Below are positions 45,310 to 56,086 of a stretch of 64,000 nucleotides of DNA, piece after piece. Position 1 is the stretch's first letter. Every line of letters starts with the position of its first letter. Where the stretch lies: assembly GCA_964637955.1 (NCBI GenBank), contig CAZWXQ010000003.1:31154-95153 (forward strand), read 5' to 3'. The position numbers were made by a program, and so were the translations under genes. The notes beneath the pieces are model-generated. The model saw only the letters and a program-made list of their open reading frames with translations. It was not told the origin of the DNA and did not search any database. Source of the stretch: an uncultured Gammaproteobacteria bacterium (GTDB taxonomy: Bacteria; Patescibacteriota; Microgenomatia; Levybacterales; UBA12049).

Positions 45310-46980
45310 ATGAAAAAATCACTAATGTTTTATTCGAGTGTTTTGATTTTTTCTCTAATAATTTCAGTTCCGCTTCTTATTCCTTATTTTCATCCTGGAT
45401 ATTTTCCAACTCATGATGGTGAGTGGGCTGTTGTTAGGCTTTCGGATATGTTTAGGGAGATTCATGATCTTCAATTCCCACCAAGGTATAGTGGGAATTT
45501 GAATTTTGGTTATGGATATCCATTATTTAATTTTGCCTATCCATTTCCATACTATTTAGGCATAATTATTCACTTATTAGGTTTTGGATTTGTAAGTAGT
45601 ATTAAGATAATTTTTGCACTAAGTATTCCAGTTTCAGCATTTTTTATGTTTTTGGCAAGTAGAAATATTTGGAAAAATAATTACGCGGGATTAATTAGCA
45701 GTGTTTTATATTTATATTTCCCTTATAGATTAGTTGATTTATTTGTCCGAGGATCCATCGGAGAATCAATTGCTTTTGCACTTTTTCCAATGATTTTACT
45801 TTGTTTCTCTAAATTAGTTGATAAGCCAAAATCTTCAGGATATTTCTTGGTTGGCGGAATTTTATATGGCTCCCTTATTCTTACTCATAACATCATGTCA
45901 GTTTTATTTTCTATTACAATTCTCATCTTCTTCATCGGGTTTTATATAAATGAAAGAAATAAAATTGTTAAACCTTTTGTTTCAACAGTTATTTTAGGAT
46001 TTGTTCTTTCTGCGTTTTTTTGGATGCCAGCGCTTCTAGAAAAGAAGTTCATCTTACTTTCTAAAACACCAATTGCTGATCGAGATTTATATTTCGTGAA
46101 TTTAAAAAGTTTACTTTTTTCAAAATGGGGATATGGAGTACCAACAGATCCAGCAAATGGATTTACATATCAAATAGGGTGGCCGTTTATTGGGATTTAT
46201 ATAGCTTCATTAATTACAATTTTCTATGCATATTATAAAAAAATAAAATTAAAAAAAGAATTAAATATTGCAATAGTACTTACTATTGGAGCTATAGTTT
46301 TTAGTCTTTTGCTTTTTTCATTTTCAAAACCAATTTGGAAATTGCCCCTTCTTTCTGAAATTAATTATCCTTGGATAATTCTCTCTCAAATGGCGTTTAT
46401 AATATCAATTCTTGGAGGATTTTTAGGAATTTTCAGATACTCAAAATATGTGGGTATTACGATTGCGATAGTTGCAATAATATTATATTTACCATATGCA
46501 AAACCTAAAAAATTTATAGATCACGGTGATAATTATTATTTTACAAATGATGCTACTACTACATCATCAAGTGAATTGATGCCTTTGTGGGTAAAAGAAT
46601 TTCCTCTTCAGAGAGCAAATGAAAAAGTTTTAATCCTGCAAGGAGAGGGTAAGGTAAATATTTTAGAACATAATTCGAAGTTGATTAAATTTAATGCAAA
46701 CTTAAGCTCAGATTCATTAATTAGAATTAATACTATTTATTATCCTGGTTGGAATTTTAAAATTGATGGTGCTAGTAAAGAAGTGAATTATTCAAATAAT
46801 TCTGGAGTTATGGATATAAAAGTTTCTAAAGGAAAACATTTGGTTACGGGGTCATTTTCAGAAACTAGAATAAGATTAATTGCTGATTTGATAACTGTAA
46901 TAGGAGTATTTTTCGTAATTATAATTACTTTTAAAGAATTAATGTTAATAAAATCCCATAAGCCTTCGGCTAAGGGATAA
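45310..46980 (+). CDS. Polytopic membrane protein, PTPS-related/YfhO-like GT-C candidate (paralogue A)
   Basis: Conserved N-terminal block FHPGYFPTHDGEW...FPPRYSGNLNFGYGYPLFNF shared with 47038-48744. Confidence 0.5.
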   Translation: MKKSLMFYSSVLIFSLIISVPLLIPYFHPGYFPTHDGEWAVVRLSDMFREIHDLQFPPRYSGNLNFGYGYPLFNFAYPFPYYLGIIIHLLGFGFVSSIKIIFALSIPVSAFFMFLASRNIWKNNYAGLISSVLYLYFPYRLVDLFVRGSIGESIAFALFPMILLCFSKLVDKPKSSGYFLVGGILYGSLILTHNIMSVLFSITILIFFIGFYINERNKIVKPFVSTVILGFVLSAFFWMPALLEKKFILLSKTPIADRDLYFVNLKSLLFSKWGYGVPTDPANGFTYQIGWPFIGIYIASLITIFYAYYKKIKLKKELNIAIVLTIGAIVFSLLLFSFSKPIWKLPLLSEINYPWIILSQMAFIISILGGFLGIFRYSKYVGITIAIVAIILYLPYAKPKKFIDHGDNYYFTNDATTTSSSELMPLWVKEFPLQRANEKVLILQGEGKVNILEHNSKLIKFNANLSSDSLIRINTIYYPGWNFKIDGASKEVNYSNNSGVMDIKVSKGKHLVTGSFSETRIRLIADLITVIGVFFVIIITFKELMLIKSHKPSAKG

Positions 46981-47037
46981 GAGGCTCTAGGGCTCCGCTT
47001 AAGGCGAATCGTCAAGGAGCTTCAAAGAATTTTTAAA

Positions 47038-48744
47038 ATGAATATATTAAAGAAAAACGCATATTTAATTTTTGTAATTTTATTTACAGTAGTTGCAATT
47101 CTTCCTTTATTTCATTCTGGATTTTTTCCAATGCATGATGATGAGCAGGTGGGAAGGTTATTTGAGCTTAATAATAGCTTAAGTGCTTTTCATATTCCTC
47201 CTAGGATTTCGCAGAATCTTGGATTTGGATATGGCTATCCACTTTTTAATTTTTATCCCTCTTTTGTTTATTATGTTGCTGAGATATTTGTTTTACTTGG
47301 ATTTGGTTATATAGCCTCTATAAAAATAATGATTGGGATTGGGTTTATTCTTGCTGCAATCTTTATGTATTTATTTTCAAAAGAGTATGTGGGTAATTTA
47401 GGAGGTATGGTTGCAGCAGTTTTATATACATATGCTCCTTATCATAGTATAGATGTTTATGTTCGTGGAGCGCTTCCTGAATTTTTTTCATTTGTATTTA
47501 TTCCAGCTATTTTTTGGGGGATTAATAGATTAAGTAAAAATCAAACTTTTGGAAATATCATTATGCTTGGAATATTTGGGGCATTTCTTATGTTAACGCA
47601 TAATCTTGTTTTACTGATGAGTATTCCATTTGTGTTTATTTATTTTCTTTTTACTATTTATAAAAATAAATCTTGGAAAAGTTTTTTGATCGCAGTAACT
47701 CTAAGCGGAATAATCGCACTCTTATTATCAGCCTATTTTTGGATACCAGCAATTTTAGAAAATAAATATACGATGGTAAGTTTATTAACAAAAGAACTAG
47801 CTGATTTTAAACTTCATTTTGTATCTGTTCCGCAATTTTTTAATTCATCATGGGGTTATGGTGGATCAATTTTAGGGCCAATGGATGGATTTTCATTGGA
47901 AGTTGGGAAATTACATTTAGTACTAGTTTCAATCGCAATTTGCTTGTTGTTAATTAATTATATTAAAACAAAAAGTAAGTCAGGAGGAATTTTAGTAATC
48001 TTTATTTTTATGTTCTTCTTTTCAATTTTTATACAAAGTTATTATTCAAGTATTATTTGGGAGAATTTAAAAGCTTTGTCATACATTCAATTTCCTTGGA
48101 GATTTATGCTTTACGGCGTATTTACTTCATCTTTTATTGCTGGATATATTTTTGCATTTAAATTTGATGCAAGATTAAAATACATACTCGCAGGAATAAT
48201 TATATTAATATCACTTTTTTATTACGGCTCATTTTTTAGGCCAGATAGATATCTAAAAGTTACTGATAAAGATTATATTTCAAAAAATATAATTAGATGG
48301 AAAACGAGCGCGATGGCTTTTGAATACGTTCCAATGGGGATTGCAACGAAAAGATCAGATCTCAATACGACTATCGTTGACATTGATGAGAGTAAAATTG
48401 CTAAAAAAACTGCAGAATCATTGTCTAAAAAAGTATTTATTGATGTAAAAACTGATAAGCCTCAGTATAAAAAGTTTGAATACGTTGCTCAAAATGATTC
48501 TGAAATTCGCGTAAATACATTCTCTTTTCCAGGTTGGAAAGTGCTTATTAATGGTAAGGAAATAAGTTATAATGATAAAAACAAATTAAAACTTATAACA
48601 ATAAAAGTTCCAAAAGGTAGTGGTTTGGTTGAGGTTATTTTTGAAGAAACCAAGATTCGAAAAATTGCTAACTACTTAACTCTTTTTGGAATGATTATGG
48701 TTATAGGCATGATTCCATATTATAAAAAGAAATTAAAAATATGA
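47038..48744 (+). CDS. Polytopic membrane protein, PTPS-related/YfhO-like GT-C candidate (paralogue B)
   Basis: FHSGFFPMHDDEQ...IPPRISQNLGFGYGYPLFNF block; same architecture as 45310-46980. Confidence 0.5.
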   Translation: MNILKKNAYLIFVILFTVVAILPLFHSGFFPMHDDEQVGRLFELNNSLSAFHIPPRISQNLGFGYGYPLFNFYPSFVYYVAEIFVLLGFGYIASIKIMIGIGFILAAIFMYLFSKEYVGNLGGMVAAVLYTYAPYHSIDVYVRGALPEFFSFVFIPAIFWGINRLSKNQTFGNIIMLGIFGAFLMLTHNLVLLMSIPFVFIYFLFTIYKNKSWKSFLIAVTLSGIIALLLSAYFWIPAILENKYTMVSLLTKELADFKLHFVSVPQFFNSSWGYGGSILGPMDGFSLEVGKLHLVLVSIAICLLLINYIKTKSKSGGILVIFIFMFFFSIFIQSYYSSIIWENLKALSYIQFPWRFMLYGVFTSSFIAGYIFAFKFDARLKYILAGIIILISLFYYGSFFRPDRYLKVTDKDYISKNIIRWKTSAMAFEYVPMGIATKRSDLNTTIVDIDESKIAKKTAESLSKKVFIDVKTDKPQYKKFEYVAQNDSEIRVNTFSFPGWKVLINGKEISYNDKNKLKLITIKVPKGSGLVEVIFEETKIRKIANYLTLFGMIMVIGMIPYYKKKLKI

Positions 48745-49451
48745 AAAAAATAAGTAATTTATCCATTTTCTTTCCGTTTTGGAACGAAGAAATGAATATT
48801 GAAAAAGTTGTAACTACTGCGATTCCACATATTAAGAAAATTGCAGAGAAGTGGGAAATAATAATTGTGGATGATGGTTCAGTTGATAAAACACTTGAAA
48901 AAGCTGAAAAATTAGCAAAAGACAATCAAAATATACGTGTAATTTCTCACTCTCCGAACAGAGGTTATGGCGCTGCATTAAAAGCAGGATTTGAAAATTC
49001 AAAATTTGATTATGTAGTATTTACGGATGGAGATGCGCAGTTTGATTTTGGAGAAATTTATAGATTTGTGGAAGAAATTAATAAAAATGATATTGTAATA
49101 GGCTATAGAAAAAAAAGACAAGATAATAAAGTAAGGCACATTCTCATGAATCTTCTTAAAGCTTGGGATTATGTTTTCTTTAAGTTTTGGTTTAAAGATA
49201 TAGATTGCGGATTTAAGATGTTCAAGAAATCAGCACTCGATGAAATCATGCCATTTAGAAGTGAAGGGGCTATGATAACGACTGAAATACTTGCAAAATC
49301 TGTTAGAAAAAAACTAAAAATAAAAGAAGTAGAAGTAACTCATTACCCAAGGGAGTTTGGTAATCAGTCAGGAGCAAATCTAGCTGTAATTATTAGGGCA
49401 GTTCTCGAAAGCTTAATTCTTTGGTGGGACATAAGGAACAAAAGGATTTAA
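48741..49451 (+). CDS. Family 2 glycosyltransferase
   Basis: FFPFWNEE, IIVDDGSVDKT, TDGDAQ motifs. Confidence 0.8.
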   Translation: MKKISNLSIFFPFWNEEMNIEKVVTTAIPHIKKIAEKWEIIIVDDGSVDKTLEKAEKLAKDNQNIRVISHSPNRGYGAALKAGFENSKFDYVVFTDGDAQFDFGEIYRFVEEINKNDIVIGYRKKRQDNKVRHILMNLLKAWDYVFFKFWFKDIDCGFKMFKKSALDEIMPFRSEGAMITTEILAKSVRKKLKIKEVEVTHYPREFGNQSGANLAVIIRAVLESLILWWDIRNKRI

Positions 49452-50899
49452 TGGAAGATTTTAATCTAGAACTTGTAGCCAGAAAATCAGTTAAGAGTAT
49501 TTTTGCTTTAACTTCAAGAACTTTTTTAATTCAGATACTTGGTGTAATTGCGAGTTTCATCTTAACGGTCTATCTTTCTCCATCTGATTTTGGAGTATTT
49601 TTTATAGTATCCTCTTTTGTAGTTTTTTTGAATTACTTTTCAGATATTGGTCTTGCAGCTTCACTTATTCAAAAAAAAACGGAGCCAACCCTCGATGAAT
49701 ATAGAAATGCTTTTACCGTTCAGCAAATGTTGGTTTTGGCACTAATAATACCAGTTTTTTTTCTGACCCCTGAAATTGCAAAATATTTTAAAGTCGAATC
49801 TCAAGGCATTTATCTTATTTATGCTTTTCTAATATCTTTTATTCTATCTTCTCTTAAGACAATTCCTACAGTTATGCTTGAGAGAAAGCTAGATTTCCAT
49901 AAGCTTGTGATCCCTCAAATTGCAGAAAATCTTATTTACAACCTGGCATTAATTTTTTTAGCGATCGGGGGATATGGGGTTACAAGTTTTACTATAGCGA
50001 TAGTTTTAAGAAGTATTGTAGGGCTTGTGATTACTTATTACATAATGCCATGGAAGATAGGATTCGCATATCACAAAGATACTTTAAAGTCTCTTTTAAG
50101 ATTTGGTATCCCTTTTCAAATTAATAGCCTGCTTGCATTAGTAAAAGATGACCTTATTAACGTTTATATAGGAAAAACACTCCCTCTTCAAGAAGTAGGA
50201 TATATAGGATTTGCGCAGAAATGGGCTTTTTTGCCTCTAAGACTTGTTATGGATAATGTAATAAAGATTATGTTTCCTTCATTGTCTCGCTTGCAGCATG
50301 ACAAAAACGCACAAAAGATTGTTATAGAAAAATCACTTTTTGCAATCGCTTTTTTCATAATGCCAACAGCCGTAGGTTTTATAATGCTATCTCCTTATTT
50401 CATAGATTTAATACCGAGTTATCAAAAATGGGCTCCAGCATATATTTCTATAATATTCTTTGCTCTAAATACTGTCGTTGGATCTCTTTCTACTCCTATA
50501 ACAAATTTCCTATACGCAACTGGAAAAGCAAAGATTACTCTTTATTTCATGAGCGCATGGACATTGCTGACATGGATACTAACTCCAGCACTTATTATAA
50601 AATTTGGATATAACGGTGTTTCAGTAGCTTCATTTTTGGTAGCATTTAGTACTCTTTCAATTTATTTTGTGGCAAGAAGATATGTAGAATTTTCTTTCAT
50701 TGGACCAATCATAAAACCACTAACTACATCTTTAATTATGATGTTGTTTATTTATTTCACCCAAGGAATAATAACTTCGTTACCCCTATTAGTAGTTGAT
50801 GCTGTATTGGCGGGATTGGTTTATCTTTCAATTGCGTTTATTTTATCCAGAAAAGATATTTTACGAATCCTCTCATTTATTAGGAGCAATGAAAAATAG
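49451..50899 (+). CDS. Polysaccharide biosynthesis protein / oligosaccharide flippase (Wzx-like, MOP superfamily)
   Basis: ~12-14 TM segments in the Polysacc_synt-type arrangement. ATG overlaps the preceding stop (TAATG). Confidence 0.6.
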   Translation: MEDFNLELVARKSVKSIFALTSRTFLIQILGVIASFILTVYLSPSDFGVFFIVSSFVVFLNYFSDIGLAASLIQKKTEPTLDEYRNAFTVQQMLVLALIIPVFFLTPEIAKYFKVESQGIYLIYAFLISFILSSLKTIPTVMLERKLDFHKLVIPQIAENLIYNLALIFLAIGGYGVTSFTIAIVLRSIVGLVITYYIMPWKIGFAYHKDTLKSLLRFGIPFQINSLLALVKDDLINVYIGKTLPLQEVGYIGFAQKWAFLPLRLVMDNVIKIMFPSLSRLQHDKNAQKIVIEKSLFAIAFFIMPTAVGFIMLSPYFIDLIPSYQKWAPAYISIIFFALNTVVGSLSTPITNFLYATGKAKITLYFMSAWTLLTWILTPALIIKFGYNGVSVASFLVAFSTLSIYFVARRYVEFSFIGPIIKPLTTSLIMMLFIYFTQGIITSLPLLVVDAVLAGLVYLSIAFILSRKDILRILSFIRSNEK

Positions 50900-50900
50900 T

Positions 50901-51815
50901 ATGAAAAAAATATATATTATACTTATAAATTATAATAGGGAGAAATTAACAGAAGAGTGCTTGGATTCGCTTCTGAAAATAAAAAGTCATGGTTTTGAGT
51001 TGCACACAGTAGTAGTTGATAATGATCCTTTAAATAGAGGAGATATAAATGAAAAAAAGTATTCTGACATTAATCTCAAGATAATTTTTAGTCCTGCAAA
51101 TAGTGGTTTTTCCGGTGGAATGAACTTGGGAATAAAAGAGGCTTTTAAAAATAATGCTGATTACGTTTTAATACACAATAACGATACATACGTAAAAGAT
51201 GATTTTTTACAGAAATTATTTGAATTTGCAGAAAAAAATAGTGATGCTGGAATAATCGCACCGAAGATTTATTTTGCAAAAGGTTTTGAATTTCATAAAG
51301 ATAAATATAAAGAAAATGAGTTGGGAAACGTTTTTTGGTATGCGGGTGGAAAGATTGATTGGGGAAATGTGATAGGGAGTCATATTGGCGTGGATGAAGT
51401 AGATAAAGGCCAATATGATGAGGTAAAAAAAACGGAGATCGCAAGTGGATGCTGTATGCTTATAAAGTCAAGCGTATTCAAAAAAATTGGATTTTTTGAT
51501 GAGAAGTATTTTTTATATTACGAAGATGCAGATTTATGTATAAGAGCAAAAAAAGCAGGATTTAAAATCTATTACATTCCAGAGTCAGTTATTTGGCATA
51601 AGAACGCAGGATCCACTGGTGGATCTGGCTCTAAGCTTCAAGATTACTATATAACTAGAAATAGATTATTATTCGGTATGAAATTTGCTCCAATTCGTTC
51701 GAAAATGTCTCTAATTAGAGAAGGGTTTAAGCTTGCATTTAAAGGAAGGCAGTGGCAAAAAGCAGGAGCGAGAGATTATTTTCTTCATAGATTTGGTAAG
51801 AGTATATATTTTTAA
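50901..51815 (+). CDS. Family 2 glycosyltransferase
   Basis: ILINYNREKLTEECLDSL, VVVDNDP and YEDADLCIR motifs. AGGAG lies 14 nt upstream of ATG 50901; the upstream extension to 50796 is unlikely. Confidence 0.8.
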   Translation: MKKIYIILINYNREKLTEECLDSLLKIKSHGFELHTVVVDNDPLNRGDINEKKYSDINLKIIFSPANSGFSGGMNLGIKEAFKNNADYVLIHNNDTYVKDDFLQKLFEFAEKNSDAGIIAPKIYFAKGFEFHKDKYKENELGNVFWYAGGKIDWGNVIGSHIGVDEVDKGQYDEVKKTEIASGCCMLIKSSVFKKIGFFDEKYFLYYEDADLCIRAKKAGFKIYYIPESVIWHKNAGSTGGSGSKLQDYYITRNRLLFGMKFAPIRSKMSLIREGFKLAFKGRQWQKAGARDYFLHRFGKSIYF

Positions 51816-51820
51816 TACGC

Positions 51821-53953
51821 ATGACAGACATTAGTAAATATTCCTCAAGAAAGAGTAAATTCAAGAACCTAATATCCGATCACTTTGATGTTTTTGCAAT
51901 TCTAACAATTTTTTTATTTTTTGCTTGTTTGTTTATTGTTAAGAGAAATACATTTATCCATTCTTATGACGAAGGATACTGGAAAGACAGATTTGAGCAT
52001 TCAAGATATGCTCTTCCTTTATCTCAAAGAGGGCTTGGAGACGAAGGTCTATATGCTTATGCTGGATATAAAGCTATCAACGGGAGTGACCCAATTAAAA
52101 TTGTATTTGATAAGCCAGCATTAGGAATTTTTATAATTGGGACATTTATAAAAATATTTAATAATCCTGCATATTCAGGTTTAATTTTAGGATTTGGTGT
52201 AATTATTGCATTTTATTATTTGGCAAAAAGACTTTTAAAAAATAGTAAATTAGCATTGTATAGTTCTATTTTGTTATTTCTATCTCCAATTCTTTTTAGT
52301 CATTTTTACATTTCTCTTCTTGATTTGCCTCAATTGCTATTGCTTCTTTTAAATCTCATCTTTTTTTATGACTCTGTATTTGGAGAAAGAAAAAATAAAG
52401 GAATACTGTTATTAAGTGCACTTCTGTTAGGGCTTTCATTTGAGATTAAGATTCCACTGTTCTTGCCAATTTTAATTCTTTTAGAAGCAGGATACTTAAC
52501 TTTTAAAAAACAGATAACTGATTTATCTTTTTACATTTTAGGATTAATCATATCGATATTCATCTCATTTTCCGTGTATTTTATCCACGGATATGATTTT
52601 TTTGGGTTTATAAAAGTACAAAAATATATTTTATCAATCTATTTATCATCTACGCTTTCAGTTCATGTTGAAGCTATTTGGCAATTCCTTTTGACGGGTT
52701 CGTTTCCAGATATATCAAGTGGGATTCCAAAATATATTCAAGAATGGTCAATCATGCTGGCAGTTTTTACGATTTTAGGAATATTTTTTTCAGTTTTGAT
52801 TTTATTTTCTAAAAAAAAGATTTATTGGAAAGGTATTTCTGTATTTATATTGGCTAATTGTCTAATCCTTACAATAATTCCATCTTATCCTAGATATGTT
52901 TTGATAATTTTTCCTTTCTTGATTTTAGTAACCATGGAATATTTATCGAAAATCTTGAAGCCAAGGTTTTTTGGTGTTTTTATTTCAATTTCTGTAATTT
53001 ATTCTTTGGTTGTTGCTGCATTATATCTTCATCCTAAACCTACTGAAGAGCTTGGTAAGTTTTACATTAACTACAGTAATAATTATTTTCAGGATGTATA
53101 TGAAGAAAACTTAGCTGATGATTCACGTCCGGATTTGTCTCGTACTGAATTTTTTAACAAGCTTTATAGCACTTATCAGGATGCTTCTATTTATTCGGTT
53201 ACGGTAAAAGAGTTAGAGAACAATATATCTAGATTTGATACTGAAGGTGAGGTTACAGCTAGATTTACATACAATACTTATTTCTTGGGTAAATATTTTG
53301 AAGATAAAAAAATAAAACTAAAAAAAGAAGATAATCAGTGGCAGGTAGTATGGGATTGGAATTATGTATTTAATGATTATGAGCCAGAATATTCCTTTAG
53401 TTTGAGTAGAGATATTGGAGAAAGAGGGAAGTTAATTAGTTCACTTTCTGGAACATTTGCGCAAGATAAAGAAGGATATTTAATTGAATTTAATCCTAGT
53501 CTAATGAATCCGGATCAGGAAAATGAAATGCTTAAATTTTTGAGCAAAATTAGTCGAAAACCAACTTTAAGCATACAAAATGCATACTTGGAGAATGTAC
53601 CTGTGGGAAAATATATTCCTCTTGTTACATCTCTTAAGACACTTTCTGCAAATGAGATTAAATATTTAAATGAATTTAAAGGTATTAGGCTTAAAAAGTC
53701 ACCAGCTAGAATTTATACAGCAATGGAAAATAGGGAGGTAATTCAGAATATGAGATTTAAAGAATGTTGTACTCTGATATATAGTGCCGAAAATTATCAT
53801 GGAGCAAAGATTATTAATAATCCTGAATATATTTTCGATGAACAGTTATCTGGTCAAGATGGCGGTAAATTATTAATGTTAAATAAAGAAAATGAAGTTA
53901 TTAGAACAATAATTGATAAAAAGAGTAAAAATGGTAAGGATGTAAGTATCTAA
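51821..53953 (+). CDS. Membrane protein with N-terminal polytopic domain and C-terminal soluble domain (GT-C-like candidate)
   Basis: 710 aa; ~400-aa multi-TM region then a hydrophilic ~300-aa domain. Confidence 0.45.
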   Translation: MTDISKYSSRKSKFKNLISDHFDVFAILTIFLFFACLFIVKRNTFIHSYDEGYWKDRFEHSRYALPLSQRGLGDEGLYAYAGYKAINGSDPIKIVFDKPALGIFIIGTFIKIFNNPAYSGLILGFGVIIAFYYLAKRLLKNSKLALYSSILLFLSPILFSHFYISLLDLPQLLLLLLNLIFFYDSVFGERKNKGILLLSALLLGLSFEIKIPLFLPILILLEAGYLTFKKQITDLSFYILGLIISIFISFSVYFIHGYDFFGFIKVQKYILSIYLSSTLSVHVEAIWQFLLTGSFPDISSGIPKYIQEWSIMLAVFTILGIFFSVLILFSKKKIYWKGISVFILANCLILTIIPSYPRYVLIIFPFLILVTMEYLSKILKPRFFGVFISISVIYSLVVAALYLHPKPTEELGKFYINYSNNYFQDVYEENLADDSRPDLSRTEFFNKLYSTYQDASIYSVTVKELENNISRFDTEGEVTARFTYNTYFLGKYFEDKKIKLKKEDNQWQVVWDWNYVFNDYEPEYSFSLSRDIGERGKLISSLSGTFAQDKEGYLIEFNPSLMNPDQENEMLKFLSKISRKPTLSIQNAYLENVPVGKYIPLVTSLKTLSANEIKYLNEFKGIRLKKSPARIYTAMENREVIQNMRFKECCTLIYSAENYHGAKIINNPEYIFDEQLSGQDGGKLLMLNKENEVIRTIIDKKSKNGKDVSI

Positions 53954-53988
53954 TTTTGTATACTTAGAGTGTAAGTTAATATAATAAT

Positions 53989-54735
53989 ATGAGTCTATCA
54001 ACCATAATTATCACAAAAAATGAAGAGAAAAATATAGCAGAATGCATAGATAGCGTGCATTTTTCAGATGAAATAATTGTAATTGATAATGAGTCTTCAG
54101 ATAGGACAATCGACTTGGCTAAAAAATATGGAGCAGAAGTAATTTCTAAAAAATTTGATGATTTTTCAAAGCAACGTGAAGAGGGACTAAGAATAAGTAA
54201 ATCAGATTGGATATTATACTTGGATGCAGATGAAAGAATAACAAATGAATTAAAAGTTGAAATATTAAGTATTATTTCAGATGAAAGCTCAAGAGATGCA
54301 TATAAGATTAAAAGAAAAAATTTTTATTTCAGAAAATACGAATGGCAAGTTGTTGAAAAAATGGAGCGCTTGTTTAAGAAGTCTAATATTTCAGGTTGGC
54401 ATGGAAAAATTCACGAAAGTCCAACAATAAAAGGTGATATTGGTGAATTAGAAAATCCAATGCTTCATTTTACCCATAGTGATTTAACTTCAATGTTGTC
54501 AAAAACAATTAAGTGGTCTGATGCTGAGGCTAAGATTAGATTGGATGCAAATCATCCGAAGATGACATGGTGGAGATTTCCAAGAGTCATGATATCAACT
54601 TTTTTAAGCTATTACATTAAGCAAAAAGGGTATAAATTGGGGTCAGCAGGGCTTGTTGAGAGCGTTTTTCAGAGTTATTCTACATTTATTACTTATACCA
54701 AGCTTTGGGAGCTTCAAGCTTCTAGATCTTCCTAG
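53989..54735 (+). CDS. Family 2 glycosyltransferase
   Basis: LSTIIITKNEEKNI, IVIDNESSDRT, LDADE motifs. Confidence 0.75.
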   Translation: MSLSTIIITKNEEKNIAECIDSVHFSDEIIVIDNESSDRTIDLAKKYGAEVISKKFDDFSKQREEGLRISKSDWILYLDADERITNELKVEILSIISDESSRDAYKIKRKNFYFRKYEWQVVEKMERLFKKSNISGWHGKIHESPTIKGDIGELENPMLHFTHSDLTSMLSKTIKWSDAEAKIRLDANHPKMTWWRFPRVMISTFLSYYIKQKGYKLGSAGLVESVFQSYSTFITYTKLWELQASRSS

Positions 54736-54976
54736 GTAGAAAATTTTTATTTTTAAAATCTTCAAATGTCATTTTTGGCTTTGCAAATCTAAAGAGATAA
54801 ATTATTTCAAGAACACCAAATGTTAGTGAGTTTAGTATCAAGATAATTACGAACCAGTTTGTTTGATCTGCTTTTGCAGCTCGCCAAAGAGCAAGACATT
54901 TCCAAAAAAGTAGCCAAATTAAAAAGGCTAATGCAAAAAAGGGGTTAAAGCCTCCACTTATTCCGCCAAATTCCAT
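54722..54976 (-). CDS. Small membrane protein (84 aa), only minus-strand ORF inside the island
   Basis: Two hydrophobic segments, fills an intergenic gap. Could be spurious. Confidence 0.3.
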   Translation of the reverse strand: MEFGGISGGFNPFFALAFLIWLLFWKCLALWRAAKADQTNWFVIILILNSLTFGVLEIIYLFRFAKPKMTFEDFKNKNFLPRKI

Positions 54977-55030
54977 AGCTAAATGATAGCATTTCTTTTA
55001 AAGCAAATCAAAAATTGTTATCATTAAATA

Positions 55031-56086
55031 ATGAAAATAGGAATATTCGACCCATATTTAGATGACAATGGAGGTGGAGAGCGTTACATGATGACAATTG
55101 CCAAATATCTTTCGAAGGATAATGAGGTTAGTGTGTTTTGGGATAGTCATGAAGATTTAATGAAAGTGGATCAAAGATTTTCTCTTAACCTAGAAAATGT
55201 AAAAATTACTGAAAATATATTTAATTATTCTTTTATAGAAAAGCAAAGAGCTTCGAGAAAGTACGATGTGATAATTGTTTTAAGCGACGGAAGTATTCCG
55301 GTATTGTCTTCAAAAAAACTTTATCTTCATATGCAGCAGCCAGTGTCATATATGCTTTCAGTAAAAGATAGATTAAAGCTTATGAGAGTAAATAGAATTT
55401 TTTGCAATTCTACATTTACCAAAGATTTTATAGAAAAATATTACAAAGTAAAGTGTGATCTTTTATATCCGCCAGTAAGTATTTTTGGAAATAAAAAAGA
55501 AAAGGAGAATTTAATATTTCATGTTGGGAGATTCAGGGTTATGAATGTTAAATCTGAAGATTATAAAAAACAACAAGTTATGATAGATTCATTCAAAAGA
55601 TTAATCGACAAAGGTTTAAAAGACTGGAAATTTCTTTTGGCAGTTAGTCTAAATGATATAGAAAATCCTAAATTTGTTTCCATGAAGAAATCAGCGATAG
55701 ATTATCCAATAGAGTTTTTGATTAATTCTTCGATGGAGAAATTATGGGAAAAAGGTAGTAAAGCTAAAATATATTGGCATGCAACGGGATTTGGAGAAGA
55801 GTTGGACAAAAATCCTCATCTTGCTGAACATTTTGGGATATCAACAGTAGAAGCAATGGGGGTAGGAGCAGTTCCGGTAGTTTTTAATGCAGGTGGGCAG
55901 AGAGAAATTGTGACAGATGGAGAAAACGGCTATCTTTGGGATACGCTTGAGGATTTTGATAAAAAAACATTAAAATTAATAAACGATAAAGAATTGTTAT
56001 CAAGAATGTCTAAACAAGCATTTGAGAGATCAAAATATTTTGATGAAGAAAATTTTGGTAAAAAAATATCAGAAATTATTAAATGA
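55031..56086 (+). CDS. Family 4 (GT-B) glycosyltransferase
   Basis: EHFGISTVEAMGVGAVPVV...GGQREIV (E-x7-E) signature. Confidence 0.8.
   Translation: MKIGIFDPYLDDNGGGERYMMTIAKYLSKDNEVSVFWDSHEDLMKVDQRFSLNLENVKITENIFNYSFIEKQRASRKYDVIIVLSDGSIPVLSSKKLYLHMQQPVSYMLSVKDRLKLMRVNRIFCNSTFTKDFIEKYYKVKCDLLYPPVSIFGNKKEKENLIFHVGRFRVMNVKSEDYKKQQVMIDSFKRLIDKGLKDWKFLLAVSLNDIENPKFVSMKKSAIDYPIEFLINSSMEKLWEKGSKAKIYWHATGFGEELDKNPHLAEHFGISTVEAMGVGAVPVVFNAGGQREIVTDGENGYLWDTLEDFDKKTLKLINDKELLSRMSKQAFERSKYFDEENFGKKISEIIK

Noticed and set aside
50796-50900. Upstream extension of the GT2 gene 50901-51815 overlapping the flippase 3' end
   Set aside because: The conserved GT2 N-terminus (MKKIYIILINYNRE) starts at 50901 with an AGGAG 14 nt upstream. 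The extension would overlap 104 nt of the preceding gene in another frame.
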